Assembly: GCA_049472355.1 (NCBI GenBank)
Contig: JBLIRP010000067.1
Span: 1 to 21,584, forward strand
Direction of reading: 5' to 3'
Source: a bacterium
GTDB lineage: Bacteria; SZUA-182; DTGQ01; JAFGSM01
DNA: 21,584 bases
Shown here: in pieces, positions 8,285 through 18,068 of the stretch
How the letters are laid out: each line of letters opens with the position of its first letter
Numbering within the stretch: the first letter of the stretch is position 1
The notes under the pieces: model-generated
What the model was told of the DNA's origin: nothing
Databases searched by the model: none
What the model saw: only the letters and a program-made list of their open reading frames with translations
Made by a program: the position numbers and the translations under genes

Positions 8285-9163
8285 TTACATGTTGAATTCG
8301 CCTGTGTCTGCTACCTGGCCTGAACTGTCTCTAACCACATAGTTGCCTTCCACAACAAAATAATCTAACGGAAGCGGAGCATATTTATGACTGCTAACTG
8401 CCATACTATTTTTGGCTGTACCTGTAAATACTGCAGTGTACGCTGAATCGAATCCGGCCTTAAAAGAGATTGGGGCAGAGCCATTTGTGGGTGTATATTG
8501 AAATGCTGTAAGGAAGCCTTCACCCAGTGGCAAGGAAGAGTCCGTCATTTTGAGAATACCGTCACTCCGATTATACTCAATGCTCCCTGTTAGTTTATTG
8601 CCCTCTGCATCCGTCAACTCCTGACTTTCCCATTTCCCTGTATCGGCTGTAATATCAATTGGTTCAGGCTCTGCACGTGTGATATTAAGAGGTGGTCCTG
8701 ATCCGAATCGCCAGGGGTATGGTTGAACATCATAGCCATAGCTTGCCCAGTTTGTATATCGGGGTGTCCCGAGGGGAGGAGGCTGGAAATTGCTGTAAAC
8801 AGAGGTATAAGACCGGGACGTGTAGTCGGAGTTATCAAACCAGGTCTGACCATAAGGATTGGCGTAATAATTTGTCGGATTGTTGTAATAAGATCGGGAG
8901 GATGGGGGTAATCCCGGAGTTAAGAAGCTATTATAGCCAAAGTGTGGGGTATTGTTATACGAATATGCGGGTATCTGGCCGAAGGACAAAAATGGAGACC
9001 CGAAGGAAGGCATGCCGTAATACCACGGGCCATTTATTCCTGAAAAAGGCCATTGGGCCTGTGTTCCTGACGCAAGCATGAAACTCATAATGACTGCTAT
9101 GACAACAAGGGCTGGAAAAAATTCAGAAACTTTTGTCATCCTATTCATGATTTTTCCCTCCAT
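8285..9163 (-). CDS. Secreted hypothetical protein, paralogue of 4862-5764 (start may be ATG 9148)
   Basis: Signal peptide ends TQA then QW; Y/P/S/G/N-rich N-half; same C-domain motifs as the paralogue. GGAGGG precedes the second Met. Confidence 0.85.
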   Translation of the reverse strand: MEGKIMNRMTKVSEFFPALVVIAVIMSFMLASGTQAQWPFSGINGPWYYGMPSFGSPFLSFGQIPAYSYNNTPHFGYNSFLTPGLPPSSRSYYNNPTNYYANPYGQTWFDNSDYTSRSYTSVYSNFQPPPLGTPRYTNWASYGYDVQPYPWRFGSGPPLNITRAEPEPIDITADTGKWESQELTDAEGNKLTGSIEYNRSDGILKMTDSSLPLGEGFLTAFQYTPTNGSAPISFKAGFDSAYTAVFTGTAKNSMAVSSHKYAPLPLDYFVVEGNYVVRDSSGQVADTGEFNM

Positions 9164-9258
9164 TAGGCAGTCAGGTGAAAAATAAGGATATTAGGTCGAC
9201 GACGGTTTATTCCATACAGGAATGCTCAACCATTATTACCCTATCCATTACTTACCCT

Positions 9259-9785
9259 TCCCTGTCTCCGTTGTTATATCCGACCTCATCACACCAGATA
9301 GGCGCTTTTTAGGCAAGGCGTATAAACCTAAAAACAGGTCCTCCCGGTTCACCACCTTTCAATCCTTACAACCATGGCTGAGTAGTAAAGGATCTTTCCT
9401 GATCAGGCATAAGCCTCATCAGTTTGTTGTTCATGCAGGATATGATTTTTTTATTACAGAACTCCCATTATTAAATTCTAATGTGAGAATTTAAATTATC
9501 AATAGCAAAAATTACGATACCTTGTGTAGTGATTTTTCCCCTCTTTTCTTATTTGATAAGAAATAAACTGGTTGCAGAAGCCTTATCTTTTTCTTATACA
9601 AAAATTTCGAATAAACGGAAAAGAGATAATCTATCCTGAAGCGGCATGAATAACAGTCACCTCCAACAATCAGAGGTCATTAAGCCAAGGTGCACTAACG
9701 TGAGGAAGGAAATGAGATACATACCATCGCCGGAATCAATGCCATGCAATCGGAGTTTGATACAAATAAGACGTGATGTTTGTTG
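9259..9785. repeat. Copy 2 (uninterrupted) of the duplicated non-coding block
   Basis: Colinear with 5865-6707 once the MITE and the 138-bp insert are removed. Confidence 0.9.
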
Positions 9786-9873
9786 GGAAGTCATGGATGC
9801 ATAAACAGGTCTTCCCATGGCATTGAAATCACGGGAAGGGCAGGAATGATGGGTGGGGATTCATCTCCGGCAC

Positions 9874-9907
9874 AACAAAAAGGGGTTGGAATTTCGTCCA
9901 ACCCCTT
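9874..9907 (-). terminator. Terminator downstream of the tRNA
   Basis: aaggggttgga / tccaacccctt stem followed by a T run on the minus strand. Confidence 0.75.
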
Positions 9908-9916
9908 GAATTTTTT

Positions 9917-9993
<77 letters not shown>

Positions 9994-10014
9994 CTATGTC
10001 GCTTTAGAAAAATA

Positions 10015-10043
10015 ATTATATAAAAAGGGGATGTTATTGTCAA
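10015..10043 (-). promoter_or_regulatory. Consensus sigma70 promoter of the tRNA
   Basis: TTGACA (10043-10038), 17 bp, TATAAT (10020-10015); the -35 box overlaps the hemB stop codon. Confidence 0.85.
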
Positions 10044-11029
10044 GCCTGCGTTGTTTCAGATAGATACCGGGCCGCCTCCTTGGCGAAGTAGGTGATGACG
10101 ATGTCCGCACCCGCCCGGCGGATGCTGATGAGGGATTCCATCATCGCCCGTCCCCCGTCGATCCATCCCCTCTCCGCTGCCGCCTTGATCATGGAGAATT
10201 CCCCGCTCACGTTGTATGCGGCCACCGGATAGCCGAGCGCGTTTCTTACCTGCCAGATGATATCGAGATAGGGGAGGGCGGGCTTCACCATGATGATGTC
10301 CGCACCCTCCTGGATGTCCATCCTGCACTCCCGCAATGCCTCCCGCGCATTCGGGGGGTCCATCTGGTATCCCCTCCGGTCCCCGAACTGGGGCGCGGAC
10401 TCCGCTGCGTCCCTGAAGGGGCCGTAGAAGGCGGAGGCGTATTTCGCGGCGTAGGACATGATGGGGATGTGGGGGTATCCCCCCTTTTCCAGTGTGGCGC
10501 GAATGGCCTGGACCCTTCCGTCCATCATGTCGGACGGGGCCACCATGTCCGCGCCTGCCCGGCAGTGGGACAGGGCGGTCCGGGCAAGGATCTCCAGGGT
10601 GGCGTCGTTGTCCACCTCGCCGGCGGGGGTGAGCAGGCCGCAGTGGCCGTGGCTGGTATATTCGCACATGCACACGTCGGTGATGACCACCATGTCGGGG
10701 CATGCGGCCTTGATCTCCTGAATCCCTCGCTGCACAATGCCGTCCGGGGCGTAGGCCTCGCTTCCCTGCTCATCCTTTTTGGCGGGGATACCGAACAGGA
10801 GCACCGCAGGGATGCCGAGGGAATGGGCCTCCTTCACCTCCTGTGCAAGGATGTCCGGTGAAAGGTGGAAGTTTCCGGGCATGCTGGGGATTTCCCTTCG
10901 TATCCCGGCGCCGTGCACTATGAAGAGGGGGTAGACGAGATTGTCCACCGAGAGCCTGGTTTCCCGTACCATCCTCCTCAGACCCTCCGTAGCCCTCATC
11001 CTTCGTGGTCGGTACATTGGAAAGTTCAT
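10040..11029 (-). CDS. hemB: Porphobilinogen synthase (Zn-binding type)
   Basis: [48 protein letters not shown]. Start trimmed to MNFPMY, which has an RBS. Confidence 0.97.
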   Translation of the reverse strand: MNFPMYRPRRMRATEGLRRMVRETRLSVDNLVYPLFIVHGAGIRREIPSMPGNFHLSPDILAQEVKEAHSLGIPAVLLFGIPAKKDEQGSEAYAPDGIVQRGIQEIKAACPDMVVITDVCMCEYTSHGHCGLLTPAGEVDNDATLEILARTALSHCRAGADMVAPSDMMDGRVQAIRATLEKGGYPHIPIMSYAAKYASAFYGPFRDAAESAPQFGDRRGYQMDPPNAREALRECRMDIQEGADIIMVKPALPYLDIIWQVRNALGYPVAAYNVSGEFSMIKAAAERGWIDGGRAMMESLISIRRAGADIVITYFAKEAARYLSETTQA

Positions 11030-11158
11030 CGTGTTCCCCCGATGCTCGTGTAAACGGTTAACGCCTGTCTCGACGCATGGACGAGGACCTGCCCGGCGCA
11101 AATAGAATGTGACGTATGGAGCGCCTTCAGGTGCAGGCTGCCCAAATACACATGGTGA

Positions 11159-12379
11159 TCATTTAGTTCGGACGGCCTCCACAGGCCCCTCCGCGAGCCG
11201 CTCCCCCTTGATCTCCTCCTCGGTGAGAAAGCAGGCGGGATCCTCGGCCCATGCGTCCCCGTGCACCACCTCCGCCCGTATCCTGCACCCTGCGCAGAGT
11301 TCCGCATAGCTGCATTCGCCGCACTTGCCCGTGAGGAACGCCGCCTTCTTCCGCATCTTCTGCAGGATGGGATGGTCGGGATCGCGCCATATCTCGCTGA
11401 ATTTTCGCTCCCTGATGTTCCCGAGGCTCACGTGACTCCAGAACTGGCATGCATGCACATTTCCGAAGGGGTCGATGTTGGACATCTTGGTACCTGCGGA
11501 GCACCCCCCGTGCATCCCGAGCAGGGTCCCCACCTCCTCCGCCCGCTCCGGATGGTTCTCCTCGAGATACTTCTTTATGTAGATGCCGTCCGCGTGGTTG
11601 TCCGTGGTGAGGATCTCGGTCTTCACCCCCCGTGCGCACCAGTCCTGCGCCTTTTCGATGAGCATCCGCACCATGGCGCGGGTCTCCTGGGGGGTGATGT
11701 CGTCGGCCACCATTTCCTTACCCCTCCCCGCATACACGAGGTGATAGAGGCAGAAGCGGGGAATCCCCTCCCTTTCACAGGTGTCGAGGATCTCGGGGAG
11801 GTCCGCGTAGTTGTGCCGGTTGACCGTGAAGCGTATCCCGGACATGACCCCTGCCTGCAGGCAGTTGCGCACGCCCTGGAGGGCCTTTTTGAAGCACCCC
11901 TCCATGGCCCTGAACCGGTCATGGGTCTTTTCCACCCCGTCGATGCTGATGCCCACGTAGCGGAACCCGGCCTCCTTGATCCGCTGCGCCTCCTCCGGGG
12001 TGATGAGGGTGCCGTTCGATGAGATGACCGCCCGGATGCCCTTTTGGGTGGCATAGGCGCCCAGATCGAAGAGGTCCTTGCGCAGCAGGGGCTCACCGCC
12101 GGAGAAGAGGAGCACCGGCACCTTCATCGCCGCAAGGTCGTCGATCATCGTTCGGGCCTCCTCGGTGGTGAGCTCGTTCGCGTAGGTCCGGTCCTCAGCC
12201 GTGATGTAGCAGTGGATGCACCGCAGGTTGCAGCGGTTTGTGGTATTCCACACCACGAGCGGCCGGTCGTGTGAGGAAAACTGGAGGAGTCGCGGCGAGG
12301 TCTCCCCCTCGCGCTCGTCCTGCCTCATGGCCTCGGCAACGGTGGCGAGGCCGCATATGAGCTTCGTAAAACCAATCAT
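11159..12379 (-). CDS. ahbC: Radical SAM/SPASM enzyme of alternative heme biosynthesis (AhbC/NirJ1-like)
   Basis: LLQFS..RPLVVWN..RCNLRCIHCY, FSGGEPL, C-terminal Cys cluster (CGECSYAELCAGCR..EDPAC); located beside hemB. Confidence 0.82.
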   Translation of the reverse strand: MIGFTKLICGLATVAEAMRQDEREGETSPRLLQFSSHDRPLVVWNTTNRCNLRCIHCYITAEDRTYANELTTEEARTMIDDLAAMKVPVLLFSGGEPLLRKDLFDLGAYATQKGIRAVISSNGTLITPEEAQRIKEAGFRYVGISIDGVEKTHDRFRAMEGCFKKALQGVRNCLQAGVMSGIRFTVNRHNYADLPEILDTCEREGIPRFCLYHLVYAGRGKEMVADDITPQETRAMVRMLIEKAQDWCARGVKTEILTTDNHADGIYIKKYLEENHPERAEEVGTLLGMHGGCSAGTKMSNIDPFGNVHACQFWSHVSLGNIRERKFSEIWRDPDHPILQKMRKKAAFLTGKCGECSYAELCAGCRIRAEVVHGDAWAEDPACFLTEEEIKGERLAEGPVEAVRTK

Positions 12380-12555
12380 GTCACACTCTCCACATTGTCA
12401 ATCATGTATATGCCTGTAGTTGTCAATATCGAACCTGACTCACTACAGTAAGGTTAAATATCCTTGCATGGGGAAAGGGGACGCACCCCCGTTCCCTTCT
12501 TCCGGAGGATTCGAGCACAATCGTTGATTCCATAGGGACCTGCGATTATTCCAGA

Positions 12556-14112
12556 TTATTGTACATCATTTTTCGCCCCGTAGTAAGCGAGTATCGCCTC
12601 CACCAGGTCCGGGATGGTGTAGCGCTCGGGCACCACCCGTGCGGAGAGCCCCTTTTTTACGAGGGTTTTTTTCGTTACCGGGCCGATGCATGCCATGGCC
12701 ACCCGGTCGAGGTCCTCTTTTTCGATCTTCCCTTCCAGGTTTGCGAAGAAGTTCAGCACCGTGGAGGAACTGGTGAAGGTGACCATGGATATCTCCCCTT
12801 TCTTGAGCAGGTTGACCAGCTCATCCGTATCTGCGTCAGGGTCGGGGAGTGTTTCGTACACGGGGATCACATGCACCCGGGCCCCCGCCTCCTCGAGCTG
12901 TCGGGGGAGTATCTCCCGGGCCTGGGTCGCCCTGGGGATGAGCACACTCTTCCCCTTGATCCCGTGGCTGATGAGTCCCTCCACGATCCCCTCCGCCCGG
13001 TAGTCCTCCGGCATAAAATCGGGGCGTATCCCCCTCTTCCGGAGCCCCTCCGCGGTTGCCGGGCCGATGGCCCCGATGGCCAACCCTCCCAGGGCGCGCG
13101 TGTCGAGCCCTAGTGCATCGAGCTGTTCGAAGAAGCACTCCACCCCGTTCACGCTGGTGAAGATGGCCCAGTCGAAGGTGTCGAGGGCGCGGATGGCCTG
13201 TTCCAGACCGGGGTTTGGTGTTATTGTTTTGAGGTGTATGGTGGGATATTCGAACACCTCCGCCCCCAGCCCCTCCAGGAGATCCACGAGTTGGCTTGCC
13301 TGGGTCCTTGACCGGGTAACCACGATCCTCCTGCCGAAGAGCGGCCTTCCCTCGAACCAGTTGAGCCGCTCCCGGAGCCTGACCACCTCCCCCACCACGA
13401 TGATGGCGGGCGGCTTCAATCCCGCCTCCTCCACCCTGCGGGGGATGTCCTCCAGGGTGCCGGTGATGGTGCGCTGGGTATTGAGCGTACCCCACCGGAT
13501 GACCGCTGCGGGGGTTTTAGCCGGGCGCCCGAGTTCCATAAGGGTGCTGCAGATGAGGGGGAGGTTCTTCACCCCCATGAGGAAGACCAGCGTTCCGGGG
13601 CCTGTTGCCAACTCCCTCCAGGGGATGGTGGATTCATCCTTTTCGGGCCTCTCGTGCCCGGTGATGAAGGCGACCGCAGGGGTAAAATCGCGGTGGGTAA
13701 GGGGGATGCCGGCATACGCGGGCACGGCTATGGCGGAGGTGATGCCGGGCACCACCTCGAAGGGGATTGTATGTGCGGCAAGGTATTCCGCCTCCTCGCC
13801 GCCTCGTCCGAAGATAAAGGGATCTCCCCCCTTGAGCCGCACCACCAGTCTTCCTGCCTTGGCGTGTTCCACAAGGAGCTCGTTTATCCTATCCTGGGGG
13901 AGCGTATGCCTCGATGCCTCCTTGCCCACGTAGATCATCTCCGCTGATGCAGGGACCTCACAGAGGAGCTTCGGGCTGGCCAGGTGGTCATACACGATGA
14001 CCTCTGCCCTGCGGATGAGATCCAGGGCCTTGACCGTGGCCAGTCCGGGATCGCCCGGGCCTGTTCCCACGAGGTATACCATGCCCCTTTTATTCGAACC
14101 GTGCCTACCCAT
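12556..14112 (-). CDS. cobA: Fused uroporphyrinogen-III C-methyltransferase / uroporphyrinogen-III synthase (CobA-HemD)
   Basis: VYLVGTGPGDPGL, VRLKGGDPFIFGRGGEE, VVPGITS; HemD half with FTSVNGV, IGPAT and FTSSSTV. Confidence 0.95.
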   Translation of the reverse strand: MGRHGSNKRGMVYLVGTGPGDPGLATVKALDLIRRAEVIVYDHLASPKLLCEVPASAEMIYVGKEASRHTLPQDRINELLVEHAKAGRLVVRLKGGDPFIFGRGGEEAEYLAAHTIPFEVVPGITSAIAVPAYAGIPLTHRDFTPAVAFITGHERPEKDESTIPWRELATGPGTLVFLMGVKNLPLICSTLMELGRPAKTPAAVIRWGTLNTQRTITGTLEDIPRRVEEAGLKPPAIIVVGEVVRLRERLNWFEGRPLFGRRIVVTRSRTQASQLVDLLEGLGAEVFEYPTIHLKTITPNPGLEQAIRALDTFDWAIFTSVNGVECFFEQLDALGLDTRALGGLAIGAIGPATAEGLRKRGIRPDFMPEDYRAEGIVEGLISHGIKGKSVLIPRATQAREILPRQLEEAGARVHVIPVYETLPDPDADTDELVNLLKKGEISMVTFTSSSTVLNFFANLEGKIEKEDLDRVAMACIGPVTKKTLVKKGLSARVVPERYTIPDLVEAILAYYGAKNDVQ

Positions 14113-14123
14113 ACAAAGACAAC

Positions 14124-15068
14124 CTATTCAGGGCATTCCTCCGCCCGTGCAAGGATTTCCTCGAGGATCTCCGCGGCCCCCTCTGCAAGGAGCTGTTCGG
14201 CGAGCCTGATACCCAATTCGTCGGGATCATCGGGGGAGCCGACCACCGTGTCGCGGATCATCTCCGCGCCGTTCAGGCTGGCCACCATTCCCTCCAGGAC
14301 CAGGGTGGTGTCCCTGATCTCGGCATATCCCGCAATGGGCACCTGGCAGGTTCCGCCGAGCCTGTTCAGAAAGGCCCGTTCGGTGCTGACCGCGATGGAG
14401 GTTGCTGGATCACCGAGGGATTCCACGATATCCCTCACCCGGTCATTGTCCTGCCTGATCTCGATGCCCAGGGCGCCCTGGGCGATTGCAGGCAGGCAGA
14501 TGTCGGTGGGGAGATACTCGGTCACCCGGTCGTACAACCCGAGCCTGTTGAGGCCCGCAGCGGCCACGATGACCGCGTTGAGGCCATCCTGCCCCTCGAT
14601 CCGCCTGAGGCGGGTCTCCACGTTTCCCCTGATCTGCACGATGTGGAATGTCGGGAAGTGGTGAAGGATCTGGGATTGCCGCCTGAGGCTGCTCGTTCCC
14701 ACCATGGCCTCTGCCGGAAGATGCTTCAGGATGGTGTTATCCTTCGCCACCAGGACATCCCTGGGGTCCTCCCGTGCCGGGATGGCGGCAACGGCGAGCC
14801 CCTCCACGAGCCTAGTGGGGAGGTCCTTCATGCTGTGAACGGCGAGGTCCACCTCGCCGCGCAACAGGGCATCCTCGATCTCCTTTATAAAGAGCCCCTT
14901 GCCGCCGATTTCAGCGAGGGGGGCATCAAGGATCTTGTCGCCCTTGGTGCTGATGGGCACCAGCTCTATATTCCCCTCCCACCCCTTCTTCCTCAGGGTG
15001 TCTTTGACCCACTGGGCCTGCCACATGGCAAGCTTGCTTGCCCTTGTCCCTATCTTCAATGTCTCCAT
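14124..15068 (-). CDS. hemC: Hydroxymethylbilane synthase
   Basis: KIGTRASKLAMWQA, GGKGLFIKEIE, AVHSMKD, GTSSLRR, RGNVETRL, GGTCQVPI. Start trimmed to METLK. Confidence 0.97.
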   Translation of the reverse strand: METLKIGTRASKLAMWQAQWVKDTLRKKGWEGNIELVPISTKGDKILDAPLAEIGGKGLFIKEIEDALLRGEVDLAVHSMKDLPTRLVEGLAVAAIPAREDPRDVLVAKDNTILKHLPAEAMVGTSSLRRQSQILHHFPTFHIVQIRGNVETRLRRIEGQDGLNAVIVAAAGLNRLGLYDRVTEYLPTDICLPAIAQGALGIEIRQDNDRVRDIVESLGDPATSIAVSTERAFLNRLGGTCQVPIAGYAEIRDTTLVLEGMVASLNGAEMIRDTVVGSPDDPDELGIRLAEQLLAEGAAEILEEILARAEECPE

Positions 15069-15172
15069 GGCCGTGGATTTGCTTCCTTTTTCCCTAAATG
15101 GTTTCGGTGATGTAGTGCCGGCGTTGCATGCGACCCTGGCTCCAGGATGCCCGATCGTCCCGGATTTCTCCG

Positions 15173-16438
15173 TCAGTCCTTCAGGCCGAAGAGCTCCCTG
15201 GCGGCATTGATCAGGGCATTCAGGTCCTCGGAATTCTCCGCCCCCTTGAGCCGGGCGATGGGGTGGTGAAGGATCTTCTTGATCATGGCCCTGGTCATGG
15301 CGTCGAGGACCTCCCGCTGGCCGTTTTCCAGCCCCGGAAGACGGGAGATGGCCTTCTGCAACTCCTTTGCCCTGATCTCCTCCATGTGCATACTCAACCG
15401 GCTGATGGTCGGCACCGCCTTGGTGAGTGCACACTCCTTGGCGAAGCGATCCAACTCCTGATCGATGATCTCCGATGCCCTCTTCGCCTCCTTCTGTCGT
15501 CCCTTGATGTTCGCCTCGACCACCATCTGGAGATCATCGATGTCATAAAGGTACACATTATCACATTTGTTCGCCTCCGGGTCAATATCGCGGGGCACGG
15601 CGATGTCGATCAGGAACATGGGCCGGTTTTTCCTTCTGTGCAATGCCGCCGTGATATCGGACCTGGTGAGGATGATGTGGGGGGCCCCGGTGGAGGTGAT
15701 TACGATGTCCGCCCGGTCCAGGGTGTCGTGAATCCGGTCGAAGGGTACGGGTTCGCCGCCGAAATGGCGGGCCAGTTCCTGCGCCCTTTCCATGGTCCTG
15801 TTTGCCACCAGGATGGTGGTGACCCCATTTCCGATCAGGTGCCGGGCGGCCAGTTCGCTCATCTCCCCGGCGCCGATAAGGAGGACCACCTTGTCCGCAA
15901 GTTCCCCGAATATCTTCCGTGCAAGCTCCACCGCGGCGAAGCTGACGGATACCGCATTCTGCGCGATCCCCGTCTCGGTCCTGACCTTCTTGGCAACCCT
16001 GAGGGCCTGATTCATGAGGTTATTAAGGAGGGGACCTACGGTCCCGGTCTCCTGCGCGTACTGGATGGCATCCTTCACCTGGCCGAGTATCTGGGGCTCA
16101 CCCACCACCATGGATTCCAGGCTGGAGGTCACGCGGAAGAGGTGCCTGACTGCGTCGATCCCCAGGTGGTGATAGAATCCCCGGGGAAGGTCCTTTTCTG
16201 TGATCTGGTGGAAATCGAGAAGATACTCGCCGATCTCCCTGATTCCCGTGCCATCCTTTTTAATCACCGCCACCACCTCGGTGCGGTTGCAGGTGGATAT
16301 GATGAGGCATTCCCTGATGCTGGGAAGCCCGTGGATGCCCTTGAGCGCCACCGGAAGCTGTTGTGGTGAAAAGGCGAGACGCTCACGCACCTCGATGGGG
16401 GTGGTGTGGTGGCTAGCACCGATCAGGCAGATTTCCAT
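15173..16438 (-). CDS. hemA: Glutamyl-tRNA reductase
   Basis: STCNRTE, HLFRVTSSLESMVVGEPQILGQVK, IGAGEM, DIAVPRDI. Confidence 0.97.
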   Translation of the reverse strand: MEICLIGASHHTTPIEVRERLAFSPQQLPVALKGIHGLPSIRECLIISTCNRTEVVAVIKKDGTGIREIGEYLLDFHQITEKDLPRGFYHHLGIDAVRHLFRVTSSLESMVVGEPQILGQVKDAIQYAQETGTVGPLLNNLMNQALRVAKKVRTETGIAQNAVSVSFAAVELARKIFGELADKVVLLIGAGEMSELAARHLIGNGVTTILVANRTMERAQELARHFGGEPVPFDRIHDTLDRADIVITSTGAPHIILTRSDITAALHRRKNRPMFLIDIAVPRDIDPEANKCDNVYLYDIDDLQMVVEANIKGRQKEAKRASEIIDQELDRFAKECALTKAVPTISRLSMHMEEIRAKELQKAISRLPGLENGQREVLDAMTRAMIKKILHHPIARLKGAENSEDLNALINAARELFGLKD

Positions 16439-16453
16439 TACTCCCCGGTTTCC

Positions 16454-17269
16454 TCATAAAAAGGTGTGCAGCCCCTTCATGATGAGGTTCACACCCAGAA
16501 AGGTGAACAGGACGAATACGAACCCGATGATCGCCAGGTATGCCGCCTTTCTCCCCCGCCATCCTACCGCCACCCGCGTATGGATCAATGCCGCATAAAT
16601 GAACCAAGTGATGAGCGACCAGGTCTCCTTCGGGTCCCAGCTCCAATAGGAGCCCCACGCCTTGCTCGCCCACATGGCCCCGGTGATGATGGCGATGGTC
16701 AGGCACGGGAATCCGAAGGCCAGGATCTTGTGGCTCAGGAAATCAAGCACCTCCAGAGAGGGGAGGCGGTAGTAGAATGCCCCGGGCTTTTTCCGCTTGA
16801 GCTGGTGTTCCTGTATGAGATAGATGATGGCAAGACAGAATGCCACCGCGAAGGTCCCGTACCCCAGGAATGCCGATAGGGTGTGGATCCCCCGCCAGGC
16901 GCTTTGAAGTGCGGGATTGAGGGGCTCTATATGGGAAGGGAGCGACAGGGAGTACATCAGGGATACGGAGGCCAGGGGAAGGACAAAGGAGCCGAGTGAG
17001 GGGATATGCGACTTGTAGTCGCATATCAGGTACACGAGTATGGTGGCCCAGGTAAAGAACCACATGGACTCGTACAGGGAGATGACCGGGAAGTGACCGG
17101 CCTCGACATACCGGATGAGCATGGCCAGGGTGTGGAGGGCGAACCCCACAATGGTCAGTATCCGCCCAGCCTTTGCCATGCCCTCCCGCATGTTGAACAG
17201 GTACATAAGGTACATCACCGTGGCGATCAGATAGATACTGAGGGCCAGCTTGAAGAAGTGAATGTTCAC
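16454..17269 (-). CDS. ccsA: Cytochrome c biogenesis CcsA/CcsB-family membrane protein
   Basis: WWD motif WGSYWSWDPKETW, conserved His residues, multiple TM helices. GTG start overlaps the upstream stop (GTGA) after GGAGG. Confidence 0.92.
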   Translation of the reverse strand: MNIHFFKLALSIYLIATVMYLMYLFNMREGMAKAGRILTIVGFALHTLAMLIRYVEAGHFPVISLYESMWFFTWATILVYLICDYKSHIPSLGSFVLPLASVSLMYSLSLPSHIEPLNPALQSAWRGIHTLSAFLGYGTFAVAFCLAIIYLIQEHQLKRKKPGAFYYRLPSLEVLDFLSHKILAFGFPCLTIAIITGAMWASKAWGSYWSWDPKETWSLITWFIYAALIHTRVAVGWRGRKAAYLAIIGFVFVLFTFLGVNLIMKGLHTFL

Positions 17270-17892
17270 ACCAGTTCCTCCAGGCATTTCTGCGCCTCGT
17301 GCGTCTTCCCTTCCTTGAGGAGCCGCAGGAGATCGGAATCCACGATGCGGTAGAATATCTCCCGTCGTTTTTCAGGGTCGGGGATGGCGGCAATCACCCT
17401 TTCGCGCATCCCATCGACGAGTTCCAGAAATTGCGCGTATTCGGGGCCGAATTCACACTCCAGCCGCTCCCGTATCCTGCGGGCGAGGGCAGGGCTCTTG
17501 CCGTTGGTGGAGATGCTGATCTGAAGGTCACCCCGACTGAGGGTGGCGGGGACAATGAAATTGGACAGAAGGGGCTGGTCCACCACATTGACCAGGCACC
17601 GGCCCTCCCTGGCCTCCCGGGCAACCTCACGGTTGGTCTCATCCGAGTCGGTCGCCACGATGACCGTCCACATCCCCCGGCAGTCCCCCTTCGTATAGCA
17701 ACGCCTTTTAAGGGTAATCTCCCCTGTGCTCCCCATTTCGGCAAGCGGGGGGGTCACCTCCGGACTGACCAGGGTCACCCGGGCGCCGCAGGATAGCAGC
17801 GTCTGCACCTTCCGCTCCGCCACGGCCCCGCCGCCGACCACCAGGCACTCGGCATTCTCCAGATCGATGCTAATGGGGTAGTATCTCGGCAT
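17266..17892 (-). CDS. Precorrin-2 dehydrogenase / sirohydrochlorin ferrochelatase family (CysG N-terminal, SirC/Met8-like)
   Basis: YYPI..L...CLVVGGGAVAERK, LVNVVDQP...FIVP, ISISTNGKSPALARRIR. Confidence 0.93.
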   Translation of the reverse strand: MPRYYPISIDLENAECLVVGGGAVAERKVQTLLSCGARVTLVSPEVTPPLAEMGSTGEITLKRRCYTKGDCRGMWTVIVATDSDETNREVAREAREGRCLVNVVDQPLLSNFIVPATLSRGDLQISISTNGKSPALARRIRERLECEFGPEYAQFLELVDGMRERVIAAIPDPEKRREIFYRIVDSDLLRLLKEGKTHEAQKCLEELV

Positions 17893-17933
17893 TCTTTCCC
17901 AGGATGCTAAAATTTACGCAACGGTCTCCGTAA

Positions 17934-17956
17934 GAATACCCCAAAAACGGGTATTC
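17934..17956. repeat. Short inverted repeat between the cassette array and the hem cluster
   Basis: gaataccc - 7 nt - gggtattc. Confidence 0.35.
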
Positions 17957-18068
17957 TGCAATAAAGCCGTTATGCAGCATTTTTTGCGGAGGGTTCCAAT
18001 CCGCTCGATTGCCTTGTCTATATGTTATCCGCGTTAAGCCATGGGTGCCGTTGTTATGGATTTTTTCT

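Noticed and set aside
9390..9425. Hammerhead-like CTGATGA...GAAA on the minus strand
   Set aside because: GAAA does not directly follow stem II, and copy 1 reads CCGACGA.
9222..9494. 90-aa plus-strand ORF in the conserved block
   Set aside because: Copy 1 has a frameshift (cctaaaac vs cctaaaaac) and the MITE; no clear RBS.
12394..12427. ATTGACAA direct repeat upstream of ahbC as a promoter or operator
   Set aside because: No properly spaced -10 box; two 8-mers are insufficient evidence.
10056..17796. Many overlapping alternative-frame and antisense ORFs across the hem cluster
   Set aside because: Shadows of GC-rich genes with clear family motifs; they have no recognisable motifs of their own.
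18040..18060. Second attC after the methyltransferase gene (CCATAAC AAC...)
   Set aside because: R''-like start only; no matching L'/R' arm or GTTRRRY found downstream. At most a truncated remnant.
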